64,000 nt of DNA from a bacterium (GTDB taxonomy: Bacteria > Patescibacteriota > Minisyncoccia > Portnoybacterales > GWB1-42-6): contig JAZDMV010000023.1 in the NCBI GenBank assembly GCA_043800535.1, forward strand, positions 27,264 through 91,263. The letters are read 5' to 3'. This document shows, piece after piece, positions 1 to 8,591 of this stretch (positions are counted from its first letter, which is position 1; the number at the start of each line of letters is the position of its first letter). Both the position numbers and the translations under genes were made by a program. The notes below the pieces were generated by a model. The model searched no databases, was not told where the DNA came from, and saw only the letters and a list, made by a program, of their open reading frames with translations.

Positions 1-2167
1 CGACCCTAAAACTCATAATGGAGCCAACGTTGCCAAACACCGCGTTTTTTATTTTATCGGTCAGCTGGCCGATGAACTGATGCGCAATAGTCAGATCCAA
101 ACGATATTTTCTTGCTTCGGACAAAATTGTCGCTATGCTTTCTGTGGCAAAGTTTTGAAATTCATCAACATAGAGATAAAAATCGCTACGCGCTTCTTCG
201 GCCAAGTCAATGCGCGAAAAAGCGGCCATCAGAAGTTTGCCCACGTTTATCAAACCTAGCAAACTGCTGTTTATATCGCCAAGCCGTCCTTTGCTTAAAT
301 TTACCAATAAGATTTTTTTGCTGTCCATCAGCTGGCGGTAATTTATCGTGCTTTTTGCCTGCCCGATTATCGGCCGCATGTAGTCGTTGGCGATAAAAAC
401 ATTAAATTTGGAAGTGATATAAGGCACGATATTCTGCAAAGCGGCATCCCCGCCCGCCTTCTCCGCTTCTTTTTCCCAAAAATCCCTGACAACCGGATTT
501 TTGCATTTGGAAAGAAGACGCATCCGGAATTCCTTATCCGCTAACACCTTTGGCACTTCCATTAAAGTGGCCTGTGTTGAAGGATCGTCCATCAGAAGCA
601 GGAGCGCGTTTCTTGCGTATTGCTCAAAAATCGGGCCGCCGGTCGTTTTTAAATCATACAGCTTGTCAAAAATATTCATCAACTCATTAATTATGAAAGT
701 TTTTTGTTCAGGATACGCAGGGTCATATTCAAGCATATTGAGCCCAAAAGGCCGTTCAAGGTCCGAAGGATCAAGCAAAACAACATCTTCAGCGCGCTGA
801 GGCGGAATGATTGCCAAAATTTTTTCTATCAGGTCGCCGTGAGGATCAAGCATGGCCACACCTTTCCCAGCCAAAATATCCTGGGCCACAAGATTGTAAA
901 TCAACGTTGATTTACCCGTACCGGTCTGGCCAACGATGTATAGATGCCTGCGCCGATCGTCCTCCTGCAAACGGGCTTCAGTTTCCTGGCCGCGATAGAT
1001 ATTTTTCCCCAGCACCAGTCCTTGCTTTGGAAGATTTATCGGCGCGGCTGCCTGTTTTGCTTTCAAAAATTTAAGCTCGGGAATCGCCAGCGCCACGACA
1101 GGCAAGTGATATATGCTTGTCAGCTCTTCTGTATTCAAAATCATTTTCTGGCCAGGGTCATAGGTTCGGAAAGAAAAATTATAGACAAGACTTTTGAACG
1201 CACGACCTGATGCTCTTACTATTTTTAGGGTGTTAAAATTGGGGTTGTTGAATTGCGCGAAAGCTCCTTCAAGCTGCGCCAAAATCTCTTCTGCTCTAAC
1301 TTGCGTTGCGCCGGAAGCAAGCAGACGGATATTTGTTTCAAATCCTATTTTGCTTGCTTTTTCTTCAAGCGATTTTACCTGTTCCTGCTGAAGCGGAGTC
1401 AAACCAGACACCAGCGCCTGCGGCTGGGACGGATTTTTATTTTCCCCGCCAAAATTCTTCGTAAAGCCTTTCAATGCTGAAGTTTCTTTTAACGCCTGTT
1501 CAAAAGTCCTGTTTTTCTGCATTTCCTGGGCGATTTTTAGCGCCCTCTTCTGCCAATTGCCTGACGCAGGACGAAAAACTATCTGAAGCGCCGCGCCTTC
1601 ATCCTCTTCTTTCAGTTTGCTGAAAGCGTTTACGATTTCGCCGAGCGGATCTGTTTCCAGATTTTTATACGTTTTAAACGGCCAAAAATCGCTCCTCTCC
1701 AAAGTTATGAACGAGCCGGCGGCGGCGCCCTGCGGATTGAAAATATTATAGTCCTTAACCTTTTCAACCTGCGCCTCCGGGAAAAAACCGTGAATCTGTT
1801 TTTCTACGATGCCCTCTATTTGCTTTGAGGCCGCCATATAAAAACAGACTTCTTGACCGATGTGTGGCACCGCCATCTCAAAAACTACGACCGGCTGGCC
1901 GTAGACAAATTTATCCTTATCTTTGCTCTTGAAGCTGGCCAGCGCCGAATAAAGCTGCTCCATAACCGCTATCAACTCCTTATCGCTTTTCCCCTGGCCT
2001 TCCTGTTTTTTGGCGCGCGGCAGAGTAATTAAAAAAAGGCTCATGGAAAGAGCCCGAAAAATGCTGCCTTTGCTTTTAATGGCCGCTATCAGCAACCACA
2101 TTCCCAAAAGCCCTGCGCACAAACCCAGGCCAATGGTCAGAGGGACGAGAATTAGATTGAGATCCAT
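1..2167 (-). CDS. Membrane-anchored P-loop ATPase of the FtsK/HerA/VirB4/VirD4 (AAA_10/TrwB-like) superfamily. The N-terminal TM domain is fused to the ATPase. The gene is partial, and its 3' end lies beyond the window start.
   Basis: Hand translation of the reverse strand gives MDLNLILVPLTIGLGLCAGLLGMWLLIAAIKSKGSIFRALSM, which is an N-terminal TM helix. A Walker A segment RLQEDDRRRHLYIVGQTGTGKS was verified by reverse-complementing 900-962. The protein is a paralog of 44254..46068 (ATPase) plus 46139..47314 (membrane domain). No long ORF is present on the plus strand. Confidence 0.7.
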   Translation of the reverse strand, partial: MDLNLILVPLTIGLGLCAGLLGMWLLIAAIKSKGSIFRALSMSLFLITLPRAKKQEGQGKSDKELIAVMEQLYSALASFKSKDKDKFVYGQPVVVFEMAVPHIGQEVCFYMAASKQIEGIVEKQIHGFFPEAQVEKVKDYNIFNPQGAAAGSFITLERSDFWPFKTYKNLETDPLGEIVNAFSKLKEEDEGAALQIVFRPASGNWQKRALKIAQEMQKNRTFEQALKETSALKGFTKNFGGENKNPSQPQALVSGLTPLQQEQVKSLEEKASKIGFETNIRLLASGATQVRAEEILAQLEGAFAQFNNPNFNTLKIVRASGRAFKSLVYNFSFRTYDPGQKMILNTEELTSIYHLPVVALAIPELKFLKAKQAAAPINLPKQGLVLGKNIYRGQETEARLQEDDRRRHLYIVGQTGTGKSTLIYNLVAQDILAGKGVAMLDPHGDLIEKILAIIPPQRAEDVVLLDPSDLERPFGLNMLEYDPAYPEQKTFIINELMNIFDKLYDLKTTGGPIFEQYARNALLLLMDDPSTQATLMEVPKVLADKEFRMRLLSKCKNPVVRDFWEKEAEKAGGDAALQNIVPYITSKFNVFIANDYMRPIIGQAKSTINYRQLMDSKKILLVNLSKGRLGDINSSLLGLINVGKLLMAAFSRIDLAEEARSDFYLYVDEFQNFATESIATILSEARKYRLDLTIAHQFIGQLTDKIKNAVFGNVGSIMSFRV

Positions 2168-2440
2168 AAATTAAAAAATCCAAATGTCAAAATCCCCGCC
2201 CGCCAAAGCCGATTGGGCAGACAATGGGATATTGATGATAAGTGGCAGACACGGGTATAATTTATTAAAACCGCTCGCTCGCTTTGGCAATCGGCGGGCA
2301 GACAAATTGCTCCAAATCAATGACTAAAGCCCAAAATCCAAAACAAATTTAATTTAGTCATTTGAGCTTTGTCTGGTTATGCCAGATCTCGCGCAGCGAG
2401 AGATCTGATTTGACATTTGAACTTTGGATTTTGGATTTTT

Positions 2441-2833
2441 CTACACTTCTTTTAGTTTCCCCTTTTCCACTAATTGCTGTCTCAATTCGTCAATCAAAGT
2501 ATCATGAAATTTATCTATCAAGTACGCGTCGCTCGTCGCATTAACCGCCTCAACCGCTTTATCTATGCCTTGAGAAAAAGCCAAATCCACCAGCATTTTA
2601 AGCTGGCGGTCTTTTTCGGTCTGTAAAACCTGACTGGCTGGCGCAGCGGCCTGCGCCGGCACTGCGGGTATCGCGGAGGGCGACGGTGTCGGCTTTAGAG
2701 CTTCTTCGGCAGGAGCTGTCTTTGGCATTTCGGCCATCTTCTCCGTTTTTTCCGTCATCTCCGGCTCGGATGGTTTCTCAATCCGCGGCTCAGCCGTTCC
2801 TCCTTCAGTTGGTTCACGATACGGATCTGCCAT
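2441..2833 (-). CDS. Hypothetical small protein of 130 aa with a Pro/Ala/Glu-rich N-terminus.
   Basis: ORF on the same strand as the ATPase, in a run of tightly spaced genes. No recognisable domain. Confidence 0.4.
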   Translation of the reverse strand: MADPYREPTEGGTAEPRIEKPSEPEMTEKTEKMAEMPKTAPAEEALKPTPSPSAIPAVPAQAAAPASQVLQTEKDRQLKMLVDLAFSQGIDKAVEAVNATSDAYLIDKFHDTLIDELRQQLVEKGKLKEV

Positions 2834-2849
2834 ATTTGATATCGATATT

Positions 2850-3164
2850 TTACAAGTTTAAATCTTTTATCCGGTCAAGAACCTCTTTTTTGAATTTAAT
2901 CACCTCTTCCTCTGTTATTTGCTCGATCTCAGGAACTTTAGAAATCAAAAAACGATATATCTCCTGGTCGTTTTCCTTGCCCAAAAGCTTATTAAATTGT
3001 TCTTTGTCTGCCACTGACAAACTTTTAATCACCTGCAGAAGCACCCGCGTCTGTATAAGGTTGCTCATTTTATTTAAAAGCTCAAATTTTCGTTCGTCAG
3101 CCAGGTCCTGCAATCCTAATTCCGTGATTATGTTTTTATTCATCAGATCACTATTTTGTGCCAT
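2850..3164 (-). CDS. Hypothetical small protein of 104 aa.
   Basis: Same strand as the ATPase and separated from its neighbours by 6-16 nt, which is an operon-like arrangement. Confidence 0.4.
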   Translation of the reverse strand: MAQNSDLMNKNIITELGLQDLADERKFELLNKMSNLIQTRVLLQVIKSLSVADKEQFNKLLGKENDQEIYRFLISKVPEIEQITEEEVIKFKKEVLDRIKDLNL

Positions 3165-3170
3165 AGATTT

Positions 3171-3398
3171 TTAGAAATACTTCTCCGGATTAAATATATG
3201 CCTGCTCCTCGATTGCTGGACTATCGTCCGCAAGTCCTCCGGAAGTTCGCTTATTGCCCTATTCTGCTCTGCACCTTTTTCGTCAAGAAATCGTTTAAAG
3301 CGCTCAAATTTATTTTCCGCTGGTTTTTCTTTTTCAACAGATACGTCCCCGCCTAAATCCTGACCCTCCGCCTTCCCAAAAAAACTAAAAAGTCCCAT
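3171..3398 (-). CDS. Hypothetical small protein of 75 aa.
   Basis: First gene of the minus-strand run that ends in the ATPase. Confidence 0.35.
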   Translation of the reverse strand: MGLFSFFGKAEGQDLGGDVSVEKEKPAENKFERFKRFLDEKGAEQNRAISELPEDLRTIVQQSRSRHIFNPEKYF

Positions 3399-3555
3399 AG
3401 TTAGTTCTCCTTTTTTAATAATAAAAAACTATACCTAAAAATTAGCATCCTTACGGCCTTTCCTCTATTCTAGCACAAAAAAATTAAGCAAGTAAGGCGG
3501 CGCTTTCCAGTTATCCACACGACATGCGTTTTTATCCTGTGATATAATATGCTAT

Positions 3556-5226
3556 ATGGATCAACCAACAAAAAAACTCGGATTGACCCTGCTTTTGCTC
3601 ATTTTAGCAATTGCAGTTTTTTTTAGATTCTATAAGCTGGACCAGATCCCGCCCGCCCTTTATCCAGATGTGGCGATTAACGGAACCGACGCGTTAAATG
3701 CCCTGCAAAATGATGATTTCAGAATTTTTTACCCGGCTAACAACGGCCGCGAGGGATTATTTATGAATCTTATAGCGCTCAGCTTTTCTGTTTTTGGCGC
3801 GAGCGTCTGGGCGATAAAGGTCGTAGCGGCGATGTTTGGTACGCTGACGGTGCTAGGCCTTTATTTAATGATCAAAGAAATGTTTAAAAACGGCTCAAAG
3901 AACGGCGAGTATATTGCGTTGCTTTCCGCTTTTTTTATTGCTGTTTCTTTCTGGCACGTCAATTTTTCACGGATCGGCTTCCGCGCTGTTATGGTGCCGT
4001 TTTTCCTCGTCTGGAGTTTATATTTTTTGTTTAAAGCTAGTAACTCGACACCAATACAAGAAATTTCCACGAATGACACGAAAAAAAATCCTCTTATTCC
4101 TTATTTCCTATTTCTTGTTTCTGGTTTATTATTTGGCCTCGGCTTCCATACATACATCGCTTTCCGCGTCGCGCCTCTGGTTTTAGTGCCGATCTTTATT
4201 TTTGACATGATAAAAAACTGGCCGCGGGTTAAGCTGGGCCGCTGGTTTATTTTTGCGTTCGGCATAATTTTGGCCGTCTCGCCACTTGCTTATTATTACT
4301 TAAATAACCCGGCTGACTTTATGGGCCGGGCGGGACAGGTTTCAATTTTTGCCTCTGCCAGCCCCATAAAGGCACTCTTTGACGCGACGCTCAAAACTTT
4401 AGGCCAGTTCGTTTTCCGCGGCGACTATAACTGGCGGCACAATCTTTCGGGCGCGCCGCAGGTGTTCTGGCCGCTCATTCCTTTCTTTTTGCTCGGCCTT
4501 GCTTATTCACTTATTCAAATATTCAAAAAACAAAATTATATTCAAAGATCCTGGGCTTTGCTTTCCTGCCACTGGTCACTCGTTTTTCTCTGGGGAACGA
4601 TGCTTTTACCCTCAATTCTGACCAACGAAGGCCTGCCTCATGCCCTGCGTTCTATCGGCGCAATTCCCGCCACCTTTATTTTTGTGGGTGTGGGCGTTTA
4701 TTTGGCCATTGATTATCTAAATTCAAAACTATTAAAATACGAACATCTTCTTTTTGCTTATAAATACGCGGCCGCCGGGCTGTTTGTCTTGCTTTTGATT
4801 AGCATTGCCGGCTTTTCTTATTACCAGTATTTTATCTACTGGGGCGAGCATCCAGAAACCGAAGGCGCTTTCACTAAAAAATTTGTTGACGAGGCCTTAT
4901 ATCTTAAATCCCTGCCTTCCGCTGTAAAAAAATATGTGGTGGTCAATGAAAACGGCACGGCTGTGCCATATCCTGACGGCATTCCCATGCCTGCCCAGAC
5001 CATAATGTTCCTTACACAAACAAGCCAACCGCCTGTCCAGGTACAGTATATTAAACACAATCAACTGGCGGATTTGGCGCAAATATCTGATCTTAGCTCG
5101 CCCGTCGTTATATTGCCCATGAAATACGACCAAGAAATCTTCCGGCAGCTCTGGAATATGTTTCCGTATTCGCAAACAGAAATAATGGAAGCCAGCGGCT
5201 TCGCTGTTCTAAAAATCAATTTCTAA
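3556..5226 (+). CDS. Polytopic membrane glycosyltransferase of the ArnT/PMT family (GT83/GT39-like).
   Basis: There are 12 or more hydrophobic segments. The N-terminal region YPDVAINGTDALN...NGREGLFMNLIA is typical of ArnT-like undecaprenyl/dolichyl-phosphate-sugar transferases. Confidence 0.65.
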   Translation: MDQPTKKLGLTLLLLILAIAVFFRFYKLDQIPPALYPDVAINGTDALNALQNDDFRIFYPANNGREGLFMNLIALSFSVFGASVWAIKVVAAMFGTLTVLGLYLMIKEMFKNGSKNGEYIALLSAFFIAVSFWHVNFSRIGFRAVMVPFFLVWSLYFLFKASNSTPIQEISTNDTKKNPLIPYFLFLVSGLLFGLGFHTYIAFRVAPLVLVPIFIFDMIKNWPRVKLGRWFIFAFGIILAVSPLAYYYLNNPADFMGRAGQVSIFASASPIKALFDATLKTLGQFVFRGDYNWRHNLSGAPQVFWPLIPFFLLGLAYSLIQIFKKQNYIQRSWALLSCHWSLVFLWGTMLLPSILTNEGLPHALRSIGAIPATFIFVGVGVYLAIDYLNSKLLKYEHLLFAYKYAAAGLFVLLLISIAGFSYYQYFIYWGEHPETEGAFTKKFVDEALYLKSLPSAVKKYVVVNENGTAVPYPDGIPMPAQTIMFLTQTSQPPVQVQYIKHNQLADLAQISDLSSPVVILPMKYDQEIFRQLWNMFPYSQTEIMEASGFAVLKINF

Positions 5227-5344
5227 TTTTTTATTTCTTGCATCTGAAAATTTTGTAAGAAAATTTTCTTTAAAAATCGCGCATGGCGAAAAATTTATAA
5301 GAAAATCGAGACAAGCGAGGCGTGTAGAAAATTGGCGACGGAGC

Positions 5345-5367
5345 CGCGCCGCCGCAACGGCGGCGCG
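5345..5367 (+). other. Perfect GC hairpin in the intergenic region (10-bp stem CGCGCCGCCG / CGGCGGCGCG, loop CAA).
   Basis: Read directly. It is flanked by the repeated TCTTGCATCTGAAAATTTTGYAAGAAAAT motif (5237..5265). Confidence 0.5.
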
Positions 5368-5481
5368 AGTGCGACTTTACGAGCCAATTTTTAGCCGAAC
5401 GAATCCGATTTTCTAAAATTTTTGCGCCCTGCGCGTGGTCTTTTGTTACTTTTCTGCCATCAGAAAAGTAACAATAAAACT

Positions 5482-7602
5482 ATGTCTGAAACCTTAACCA
5501 AATCTATCGCCGCCTTGCTTTTAATTTTCATGATCTCCGTGGCCTATTACTCCATGCTTGATGATTCTGCCATCATGGACGAAGTTTCGCATCTGCCGGC
5601 CGGATATTCATATGTCAGCCAGGGCGATATGCGCATTAACCCCGAACATCCGCCGCTTGTCAAAGACCTTGCCGGCGGCGCTGTATGGCTCGCTTCAAAA
5701 ATTTATAATATCCAAATTGCTTTCCCTTCAAGCAGCCCTGCCTGGCTCGCCGAAACACGAGGCGCTATAAACAGCCAGTGGAATTTTGGCTTTGATTTTA
5801 TGTATGGCCAGGGCAATCCGGCTGATTTTATGCTTTTTGTCGGCCGCCTGCCTATGCTTTTTATCCTGCTGGTTCTGGGCATTTATATTTTCCGCTGGAC
5901 AAAAGAAATTTTTGGCAAACAGGCGGCGCTTCTGGCTTTATTTCTTTTCGCTTTTTCGCCGACCTTTCTTGCGCACGGCCGGCTCGTTACCACTGATGTG
6001 GCCGCCTCTGCCGCAGTTTTTATCGCTACCTACTATTTTATCCACTGGCTGAAAAAACCAACTGTCTGGACTCTGTTTTTTGCCGGTCTTTGGTTTGGCA
6101 TCGCGCAGCTCGCAAAATTTTCGATGTTTCTGCTCGTATTGCTATTTGGATTTATGGTTATTGCCTGGATAATACATAAATTAATCAGCAATAGAGTCCA
6201 AGCGCCCGAACCTCTTTCTGACGCTTTATACAAAACGCCCGGCAAAGATAATAAAAAAGCGACATCATTCAAGATCGCATGGCGGCATCTTGGTGGCCTT
6301 GTCTTTATCTTTCTTTTTGGCTATGGTTTTGTCGTCACGCCTGTATACTATTTTCACATAAAGAATCTTCCCGCGGAAAAACAACGCCAGGAAGCTGTCT
6401 GCGTTCTTGCGTCCTACGCGGGCGGACCGCTGGATGTAAAAACTCTGGAACAAAAGTCAAGCGAGTGGTGCATGCAAAAGCCGGAGATTGAATTAGCCGC
6501 CTGCAAAACCCCAAGCCGTATCACGCGCTGTCCTGCCGACATTGCCGTTTGGATGTCTGATAAAGCCACACCCTTGCGTGCCTTTGGCCATTATCTTTTG
6601 GGTCTTGTCATGGTTGTCCAGCGGGCAAGCGGAGGCAACACAACTTTCTTCTTAGGCCAGATTTCTGCTGCGGGCTGGAAATCATATTTCCCGATTATTT
6701 ATCTGATCAAAGAACCTCTGACATTGCATATTTTTACACTCATTGCTCTTATCACCCTTGCATATTACTTTGTCCAAAAGAAAACAAAAAAGACAGAGAT
6801 TCCTTTACCGCCGAGCCAAGCCAGCATGCTTAGTAAAATTTCTGGCTGGCTTGAAAAAAATATCGATGCCTTTGCCATGCTCGTTTTTATCGCGCTTTAC
6901 TGGATAACCAGCTTAAGCTCTAACTTAAACATCGGAGTCCGCCACATCCTGCCGACTTTTCCGCTCATCTACACGCTTGTTTCCGGCCAAATAATTTATT
7001 GGGCGAGGAATAAAAAACATGAACCGCTGTCTACATTCCAGCCAAATAGCGCCTTGTCAGCGCAACCACACGTATTATATGATACACGGATTAGTAAACA
7101 AACCAATTTCACGCCTCTAGTGAAGAAACAAAAAACTTACCTTTACGCAAAATACGGAGCAATTTCCGCTTTGGTCGGCTGGCAGGCGGTTTCCGTTATG
7201 GCCGTTTTCCCGTCATTTTTGGCATATTTCAACGAAAGCGTCGGTGGGCCGGGACAGGGATATAAATATGTGGCTGATTCAAATCTTGACTGGGGACAAG
7301 ATTTAGTACGCCTCAAAAGCTGGGCCAGTCAGCAAGGTATCCAGAGACTTTATGTTGACTATTTTGGCGGCGGAGATGCCAAATATTATTTGGGCGATAA
7401 GTTCCAGCCCTGGTGGGGAGACCGAAATCCGTCTGACCTGAAAAGCGGCGACTGGCTTGCTGTTTCAGCCACGTTTCTGCAGGGCGGCCGCGGAAAACCC
7501 GCGCCTGGTTATAAAGACAAAACGGGCTACTACGACTGGCTTAACAACTTGCAGCCAAAAGCGGTTATCGGATATTCCATCTTTGTTTATCAGATACCCT
7601 GA
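5482..7602 (+). CDS. Phospholipid-carrier-dependent glycosyltransferase of the PMT/GT39 family.
   Basis: A DEVSH...PEHPPLVK first-loop motif is present, with many TM helices. The likely start is the ATG at 5482 (MSETLTK) rather than the ORF-track start at 5422. Confidence 0.65.
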   Translation: MSETLTKSIAALLLIFMISVAYYSMLDDSAIMDEVSHLPAGYSYVSQGDMRINPEHPPLVKDLAGGAVWLASKIYNIQIAFPSSSPAWLAETRGAINSQWNFGFDFMYGQGNPADFMLFVGRLPMLFILLVLGIYIFRWTKEIFGKQAALLALFLFAFSPTFLAHGRLVTTDVAASAAVFIATYYFIHWLKKPTVWTLFFAGLWFGIAQLAKFSMFLLVLLFGFMVIAWIIHKLISNRVQAPEPLSDALYKTPGKDNKKATSFKIAWRHLGGLVFIFLFGYGFVVTPVYYFHIKNLPAEKQRQEAVCVLASYAGGPLDVKTLEQKSSEWCMQKPEIELAACKTPSRITRCPADIAVWMSDKATPLRAFGHYLLGLVMVVQRASGGNTTFFLGQISAAGWKSYFPIIYLIKEPLTLHIFTLIALITLAYYFVQKKTKKTEIPLPPSQASMLSKISGWLEKNIDAFAMLVFIALYWITSLSSNLNIGVRHILPTFPLIYTLVSGQIIYWARNKKHEPLSTFQPNSALSAQPHVLYDTRISKQTNFTPLVKKQKTYLYAKYGAISALVGWQAVSVMAVFPSFLAYFNESVGGPGQGYKYVADSNLDWGQDLVRLKSWASQQGIQRLYVDYFGGGDAKYYLGDKFQPWWGDRNPSDLKSGDWLAVSATFLQGGRGKPAPGYKDKTGYYDWLNNLQPKAVIGYSIFVYQIP

Positions 7603-7641
7603 TAAGATCTGAAATTTCTTATCGCCTTGTCTTATAAGCTA

Positions 7642-7664
7642 ATGCCCCGCACGGTGCGGGGCAT
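7642..7664 (+). terminator. Intrinsic terminator after the PMT-family gene. It is built on the recurrent CCCCGCACGGTGCGGGG palindrome.
   Basis: ATGCCCCGCAC-g-GTGCGGGGCAT followed by TTTATAATTATTT. Confidence 0.6.
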
Positions 7665-7710
7665 TTTATAATTATTTCCTTTAAACTATCAGCTGTTTTT
7701 TATTAACTGT

Positions 7711-8565
7711 TTACTGCCAATATTTATAATACACCCTATCCTCAACCCTTAAATCCACATACTCCAACAGGGCGCGTTTTTCCTTTATTTTTTCCTCCAA
7801 TACTCTTTTTAAAGCGTTGATCTGCGATGACGGCGATTTAGTTGTATCCAGCAGAATTCGCCAGCCCTCCGGCGTCAAAATCTCCAAATCGCCAAGCGTC
7901 TGCGAAGCGATTATAAAATCAGTCAAAATCATGTTCACGCCAGCCAGCTCTTTTTTTACCGCCAGGATAAATTTTAAGCGTTCCGGATTTGCGACCGTGC
8001 GGCGCAAATCAAGATCCTGGGAAGTTTTATCATAGACAGTCGGCACTGCCCCGCCACTTAAAATTGGAGCGTTTTTAAAGATAAACCCTTCTGAGTCGAC
8101 AAAAAAACAACTTTCAGCCGATGGTAAACTCGCCTGAACTGCTTGCGTGACCGATGAGGTGGAAATTTCTTCGTTCTCGGGCGCAGGTACACGACACCAG
8201 ATGGCAGATGCCTGCCGTTCCTCAATTTTAATTATGGCCGAGTGCTCAAAGGGCTTTTCTGTCAAAACAACGCTTTTAATCTCTGGAAACGCTCGAATGA
8301 TTGCGCCGATTATTTTTTTCTGGGGAAAAAGAATTAAATTATCTTTGGGAATTTTGTTAAAAAATTTTTCTCCGATTATCGAACGGCTTATTTCTTCGAT
8401 GCTCTTTGCGTCAACCTCTTTTGTTCCTTCTACCTTTATGTTGCTGATTTTGGCAAAAGACGTGAAAACTATCAGGTAAAAAATGCTGGCAATTAAAAAC
8501 AAAAGGAAACCGCCCGCAACGGCTATTTTCCAAACCCATTTTTTACTTCCTCCTTTAGATTTCAT
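7711..8565 (-). CDS. ftsQ: Cell division protein FtsQ/DivIB (POTRA domain).
   Basis: There is an N-terminal TM followed by a POTRA-like region, and the gene sits directly upstream of ddl in a division and cell-wall context. Confidence 0.6.
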   Translation of the reverse strand: MKSKGGSKKWVWKIAVAGGFLLFLIASIFYLIVFTSFAKISNIKVEGTKEVDAKSIEEISRSIIGEKFFNKIPKDNLILFPQKKIIGAIIRAFPEIKSVVLTEKPFEHSAIIKIEERQASAIWCRVPAPENEEISTSSVTQAVQASLPSAESCFFVDSEGFIFKNAPILSGGAVPTVYDKTSQDLDLRRTVANPERLKFILAVKKELAGVNMILTDFIIASQTLGDLEILTPEGWRILLDTTKSPSSQINALKRVLEEKIKEKRALLEYVDLRVEDRVYYKYWQ

Positions 8566-8591
8566 TTTCCATGTTTCTTATTTATAGACTT

